Source of the DNA: an uncultured archaeon
GTDB lineage: Archaea > Asgardarchaeota > Lokiarchaeia > Sigyniarchaeales > SOKP01
NCBI GenBank assembly: GCA_964493385.1
Contig: CAZBNW010000001.1
Location: forward strand, 22,267-86,266
Direction of reading: 5' to 3'
DNA length: 64,000 bases
Below, one piece after another: positions 60,033 through 64,000 of the stretch. Both the position numbers and the translations under genes were made by a program. The notes beneath the pieces are model-generated. The model was not told the DNA's origin. It saw only the letters and a program-made list of their open reading frames with translations, and searched no databases. Position 1 is the first letter of the stretch. Each line of letters opens with the position of its first letter.

Positions 60033-60725
60033 TCAGCAGGGGAAATTAGTATTTTTACGTCTTTTGAGAATTGCTTCAGAATCTTCATTGAGCATGTTTT
60101 TTATATATCTCTTGAGTTTTTTATATGATTTTCCTCCATTTTCAATTTCGTGATAATATTTTTTTAACCATAACTCAAGTGTCTTTAAAATCACCTTTGG
60201 ATTAAAGACTAAAATGCCATTCTCAAGTTGAAATGCATCCTCAATTCTATTATCCAGATAGCAACCACATTTTATTCTTCCTTCATGGATTAGTCCAGTT
60301 CGCACATACTTATAAAAAGAATATCCGTATTTAAAAGGAAATATTCTTAATTCTTTTATAAGAAATGTGATAATTCGATCTTCTACTGTGAGGTTCTTAT
60401 GAGAAAATGATTTTTCTTCAAAATTATTTTTGATAAATTCTCTATAATCTTGAACTTGAGTTATATCAGTGAAAATTATATTTGCCAAAAAATCAATTAA
60501 TGTAAAACATAATACCCCTTGAGCAAATGCTGATAAATTCTTAGCGGGAGTAAGATAAAATTCATTTACTCTCCTCCTAAATGATTTACTAAGTTCATTT
60601 GGATTATCCAAAGTCTCTTTAATCATTTTTTTAACACTATAACCAGTAGCAAATATTAAAACTTCTTCGATTTTCATAAGATATAAGCAAAAATTGATAT
60701 TTTTAAATTTATCTTTTAAAATCAT
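60033..60725 (-). CDS. HEPN-like (Rx4H) helical protein, candidate RNase/Abi-type
   Basis: FYKYVRTGLIHEGRI contains R-x4-H (nt 60285-60302) in an all-helical ~215-230 aa protein. This is the HEPN RNase hallmark, but it is a short motif. Confidence 0.4.
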   Translation of the reverse strand: MILKDKFKNINFCLYLMKIEEVLIFATGYSVKKMIKETLDNPNELSKSFRRRVNEFYLTPAKNLSAFAQGVLCFTLIDFLANIIFTDITQVQDYREFIKNNFEEKSFSHKNLTVEDRIITFLIKELRIFPFKYGYSFYKYVRTGLIHEGRIKCGCYLDNRIEDAFQLENGILVFNPKVILKTLELWLKKYYHEIENGGKSYKKLKRYIKNMLNEDSEAILKRRKNTNFPC

Positions 60726-60887
60726 TAGATAGAGGCTTTAGTCTCTATCTAAACAAAAATAATACCTCACTTAATAAATTTAAATCGTTTAGAAAGTTTT
60801 AAGTTTTCGCTTTCTTACACTTTAAAACTTAAAACCAAATACTTAAAAGTTGAACATACTTTATATTCTTTAGCAACATATAAAATA

Positions 60888-61325
60888 ATGAGATTAAAAG
60901 TGATAGAAAATAAACAAATTAATATTTTAGAGGTAAAAAAATCCATAGCAGTTGATTTGCCTAATTATTTATTCGAAAATAAAGATTCATCTGGCAAGGC
61001 AAAAATGGAGTATATAGACCTTCTTTACGAGGTCTTAAGAAATCATGACTATGATAAAATTTTCCTAATAAGCAGTTCCTCTTTTATAAATAAAGTTGAT
61101 GAACCAGAAGTATATGACAAAATGGTTGAAATGAAAAAGATTTTGAGAGCTCCAGCATTAGTAGATAACGATTGGTATGTCTTAGCAGTAGCTAAGGAAT
61201 TGAACTGCGATATCTTAACAAATGATAAGTATAAGCAATATTGGGGAGAATTTGGAAAAAAATGGATAAACAAAAGAAGGAAAACATTCATGTTTGTTGA
61301 TGGTAAACTTATTATAAAAGAATAA
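60888..61325 (+). CDS. Zc3h12a/N4BP1-type NYN ribonuclease domain protein
   Basis: IAVDLPNYL (compare VVIDGSNVA), VDNDWYVLAVAKELNCDILTNDKYKQYW (compare [26 protein letters not shown]) and RKTFMFVDGKLI (compare RLLMYSFVNDKFM). Confidence 0.6.
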   Translation: MRLKVIENKQINILEVKKSIAVDLPNYLFENKDSSGKAKMEYIDLLYEVLRNHDYDKIFLISSSSFINKVDEPEVYDKMVEMKKILRAPALVDNDWYVLAVAKELNCDILTNDKYKQYWGEFGKKWINKRRKTFMFVDGKLIIKE

Positions 61326-61358
61326 TAAGCTGTAAAAAGAATTTAAAAAGTAGGAATT

Positions 61359-64000
61359 ATGTTGGAACAAGACACTTATGGGAAATATGAATTTTTAATT
61401 GAGTTTTTGGTGGATATTTTTAATATTAACACTGAAGAATTAGAAATAGATACCCCGCAGGGTATTAAAATTGTAAGCACAGATCTTAAAAAATTGAGTA
61501 ATGACTTAAAAAATAGGTGGGTAAGTCTATTAGAGAATTCTCATGATTTCTCATCCATCCAGAAAGAATATATCCAAAAACTTCAACCATGGAAAGAAAA
61601 ATTTGATGTTTTTAAGCAAGTTAAGAATAAGAGTGAATTTATTAAATTTCTTGAGAAATATTTTTCTACATGGATGAAATTGAGCTTTCAAAATAAAGAT
61701 ATTTCAAGAAGAGAGATATTTGACATTATAAAACATGAAAAACCACTTATTTCTTTGTCAATTCCCAAATATATCGGGAGTTATAAATCCCTATCAATTC
61801 TCAAAAATGATTTCTTTGGATTAACTGCTCATCTTAAATTAAAGAAATATAAAACAGTGACATATAGTTTAATTATCATCTTTTCATTTTGGTTTGAGAA
61901 TATAAAAGATACATGGAAGGCAGAGATAGATGTAATAAATAAAGACTATCAGAATTCTATGATAGCATATGAAATTATTAAGAAATTAAAATCCATGAAA
62001 TTTAAGGAGAGCTCATTGATATTTGAAAGCCAAGAGAAGGGTAATCAATTTATAATATCGCCCTATATCAAAGCATATAATCTCCCACGTCCTTCAAATA
62101 ATTTGATTATAGAAATATTAAGTATTAATCCTATTTTTCTTTTTGAAGAATTTGTCTCTTATTTATATTCTATCGAAGATATTATTCAGTTTAATCTTAA
62201 GAACCAAGACCTATCTCCTCATACCTATTTTAAAAACTTAACTTTAGAATTACAGCAATTTCTCTTAAAAGGAAAAGAATTATTCTTAAAAGCAGAAGAT
62301 TTTTTAGAATTACCTCATGAACATAAAGATAAAATAAATAAAGATATAGTAAAAGAACCTGAAGATCTAAAAATATCATTCAATCAAATAATTGCATTTT
62401 TTAAGGATGCTTTAGAACGAGATAAAACAAATGAGACAATTTCACCGGAAGACAAAGGCTTTAGGACTCAAAATCAAATCTTTGACGATTATAAAGATGA
62501 AATTGATGCCTCCAAACCAACCTTCTATAATTATTTTGATTCTCTCCAGCTTGAGACATATTTAGAGGTGAGAAATAAGTCAGGAAAAGGAGGGGGGAAG
62601 GAATACAAATATAAAGAGTTCAAATCAAAATCAGGTCAAACTATAAAAAAAGACTTAGAATTCAAGGATGAGGAAGATAAGGAGGATTTATCTTCTGAAA
62701 GAATAGAAATACAAGGAGCCCTAAGTTATTATAATAATCATTATTATGAAAAAGCTATACAAATTTTCGAACATGTTTTACACTCAAAAAAATTATCATT
62801 AGATCTTAATCTTTACTTTACATGTCTATATTATTTAGGACGTTCATATTTTAAAATTGGCAATTATAAAAAAGCTTTAGAAAGTTTTGATAAAATCTAC
62901 ATGAAAAATAGAGATCTTTATAATAACAACTACGCATTAGCAGAATCTTATTTACAACTCCAAGATAATGAAAGTGCCCTTCTGATTATCGATGAAATAA
63001 TTCTAGAGATAAAGGAAATATTTCAAAAAACTAATATAAATCTAAATTTAGATTATTTATTTGTTGCTCCCTTTGATAAAGAATGTTTTGAAATCCTGCA
63101 TCCTAAACTTACAGAAGAAGACATATATTCAGAGTACTCAGTAATAACAAATAAATCTTCAATAAAGATAAGTCCATTTTATTATCCACAATCTAGGATA
63201 ACTCAGGTTAATTATGACATAGTCAATCGAAATATTATCTCTTTACAAATTCTTTACAAAAAGTATCTGAGTTCTGTTATTTTAAAATTGGAAATTTTAA
63301 GAAGAGAGTTCTTTAATCAGGTTCTAAAGAACAATAATGATAAAATTATCCATATTGTCGAGGAATTCATATCGCATATCAAATATATAGAAGAAAACTC
63401 ATATCTATATTCCCTCTCAACTAAGGATGTTGAAATCTATATCTCCTATTATAAGGGCTTATCAAAATTATTCAAAATAGTGGATGCGGAAAAAAGAATC
63501 TCATTTGAATTTCCACAAATAGAAGGTAATGGTGGATATCCTAAAAATCGTTATTGTTATCAAAAATTTAACCAATATTACTCAAGTCTAAGTTATTATA
63601 ACGAGATTTTTTTCACTGACTTTGAGAATAGAGATAGGATTTTCCATTTAGTCACACTTAGTAAAGGATATCCTTTAAGAGGTGGTATCTTAGAACCAAT
63701 TTTAAAAGCAGAATATTACTTTCTTCAAGCTTATGTAAATTTGTATTATTTAATTGATACAAGAATACAGGAAGAAGAGGAATTAAATAACAAGTTAGAT
63801 TTTGAAGATATTATGAGCACTCAGGATGTCTTTAAAAAACATGATGATTTTCATTCTCGGTGGTTTGGATCTAGACATCCTAAACTTTTTATTGAAATGG
63901 CAGAAGAAGCTCATAATTATTGTAAGAGACACAAATTTGAGAATTTTCTAAACCCGACTGAAATTATATTAAACGAGACTCAGAAGAAATATGAAGTCAT
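61359..64000 (+). CDS. large (>880 aa, 3'-partial) protein with central wHTH-like segment and TPR repeats
   Basis: Absent from the ORF track. I translated ATG 61359 to the window end by hand and found no stop. TPR: GALSYYNNHYYEKAIQIFEHVL...YYLGRSYFKIGNYKKALESFDKI...LAESYLQLQDNESAL. wHTH-like: TFYNYFDSLQLETYLEVRNKSGKGGGKEYKY. Confidence 0.6.
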   Translation, partial: MLEQDTYGKYEFLIEFLVDIFNINTEELEIDTPQGIKIVSTDLKKLSNDLKNRWVSLLENSHDFSSIQKEYIQKLQPWKEKFDVFKQVKNKSEFIKFLEKYFSTWMKLSFQNKDISRREIFDIIKHEKPLISLSIPKYIGSYKSLSILKNDFFGLTAHLKLKKYKTVTYSLIIIFSFWFENIKDTWKAEIDVINKDYQNSMIAYEIIKKLKSMKFKESSLIFESQEKGNQFIISPYIKAYNLPRPSNNLIIEILSINPIFLFEEFVSYLYSIEDIIQFNLKNQDLSPHTYFKNLTLELQQFLLKGKELFLKAEDFLELPHEHKDKINKDIVKEPEDLKISFNQIIAFFKDALERDKTNETISPEDKGFRTQNQIFDDYKDEIDASKPTFYNYFDSLQLETYLEVRNKSGKGGGKEYKYKEFKSKSGQTIKKDLEFKDEEDKEDLSSERIEIQGALSYYNNHYYEKAIQIFEHVLHSKKLSLDLNLYFTCLYYLGRSYFKIGNYKKALESFDKIYMKNRDLYNNNYALAESYLQLQDNESALLIIDEIILEIKEIFQKTNINLNLDYLFVAPFDKECFEILHPKLTEEDIYSEYSVITNKSSIKISPFYYPQSRITQVNYDIVNRNIISLQILYKKYLSSVILKLEILRREFFNQVLKNNNDKIIHIVEEFISHIKYIEENSYLYSLSTKDVEIYISYYKGLSKLFKIVDAEKRISFEFPQIEGNGGYPKNRYCYQKFNQYYSSLSYYNEIFFTDFENRDRIFHLVTLSKGYPLRGGILEPILKAEYYFLQAYVNLYYLIDTRIQEEEELNNKLDFEDIMSTQDVFKKHDDFHSRWFGSRHPKLFIEMAEEAHNYCKRHKFENFLNPTEIILNETQKKYEV

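Noticed and set aside
4951-61291. Many 60-100 aa ORFs in the track lie antisense to, or overlap, clearly conserved genes: 4951-5259, 7630-7845, 14588-14851, 17405-17608, 17701-17991, 18898-19101, 19264-19446, 20420-20623, 21465-21704, 29981-30229, 34523-34705, 36392-36622, 38717-38935, 39325-39510, 42803-43021, 43861-44079, 53874-54062 and 61049-61291.
   Set aside because: Each lies inside a longer ORF with recognisable motifs. Their translations are low-complexity (F/I/L/S-rich), as expected for the antisense strand of AT-rich coding DNA. They are treated as shadow ORFs.
1-64000. A search by eye for tRNA, rRNA, RNase P or SRP RNA, CRISPR repeats, transposase or integrase genes and terminal inverted repeats.
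   Set aside because: I saw no GC-rich cloverleaf-sized patches, no regularly spaced repeats and no recognisable recombinase motifs. This is a limited manual scan, so tRNAscan-SE, Infernal and ISfinder-type searches should confirm it.

Overview
This is a very AT-rich archaeal chromosome segment. Hand counts of sampled 60-nt lines give about 25-30% GC in coding sequence and less in spacers.

Most of the window (1-50400) is tightly packed housekeeping and envelope genes:
- Archaeal-type ThrRS and AspRS, Pth2, TruD/Pus7, type-2 methionine aminopeptidase, PRPP synthase and a thermosome subunit.
- An RbkR-type riboflavin kinase next to RibL, and a CDP-alcohol phosphatidyltransferase.
- Several sugar-nucleotidyltransferases, a GHMP kinase, and membrane acyl/glycosyl-transferase-like proteins.

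A set of eukaryote-like signature genes suggests an Asgard- or TACK-like archaeon: r-proteins L38e and L40e, a Rab/Ras-like small GTPase, a JAMM/MPN+ protease, a translin-like protein and an Alba-like protein. This is inference only, because there is no rRNA in the window.

I found no tRNA, rRNA, CRISPR array or recognisable transposase/integrase.

Two regions stand out.
1. 47162-48481 is a single gene with much higher GC (about 47-48% in sampled lines). It encodes a secreted neutral-ceramidase-like hydrolase and sits between L40e and the thermosome gene, so it is a probable horizontal acquisition.
2. 50405 to the window end is an accessory island rich in nucleases and ATPases, and is the best candidate for an undescribed defence-type system. 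It contains:
- A GIY-YIG nuclease with NUMOD-like repeats and an acidic tail, overlapping the start of a HerA/FtsK-like ATPase.
- A convergent pair: an HNH-like helical-repeat protein plus a small overlapping partner.
- A membrane protein plus a zinc-ribbon protein, decayed ORF fragments, and an RHH protein.
- An Rx4H (HEPN-like) protein, a Zc3h12a-type NYN RNase, and an ORF of more than 880 aa with wHTH and TPR regions. This ORF runs off the window and is missing from the supplied ORF track.

Two genes (ribL and an ArsR-HTH membrane protein) have conserved N-termini encoded upstream of any canonical start, one nucleotide out of frame with a nearby ATG. That points to start-proximal single-base indels.

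All functional calls rest on motif recognition by eye. No database search was possible.
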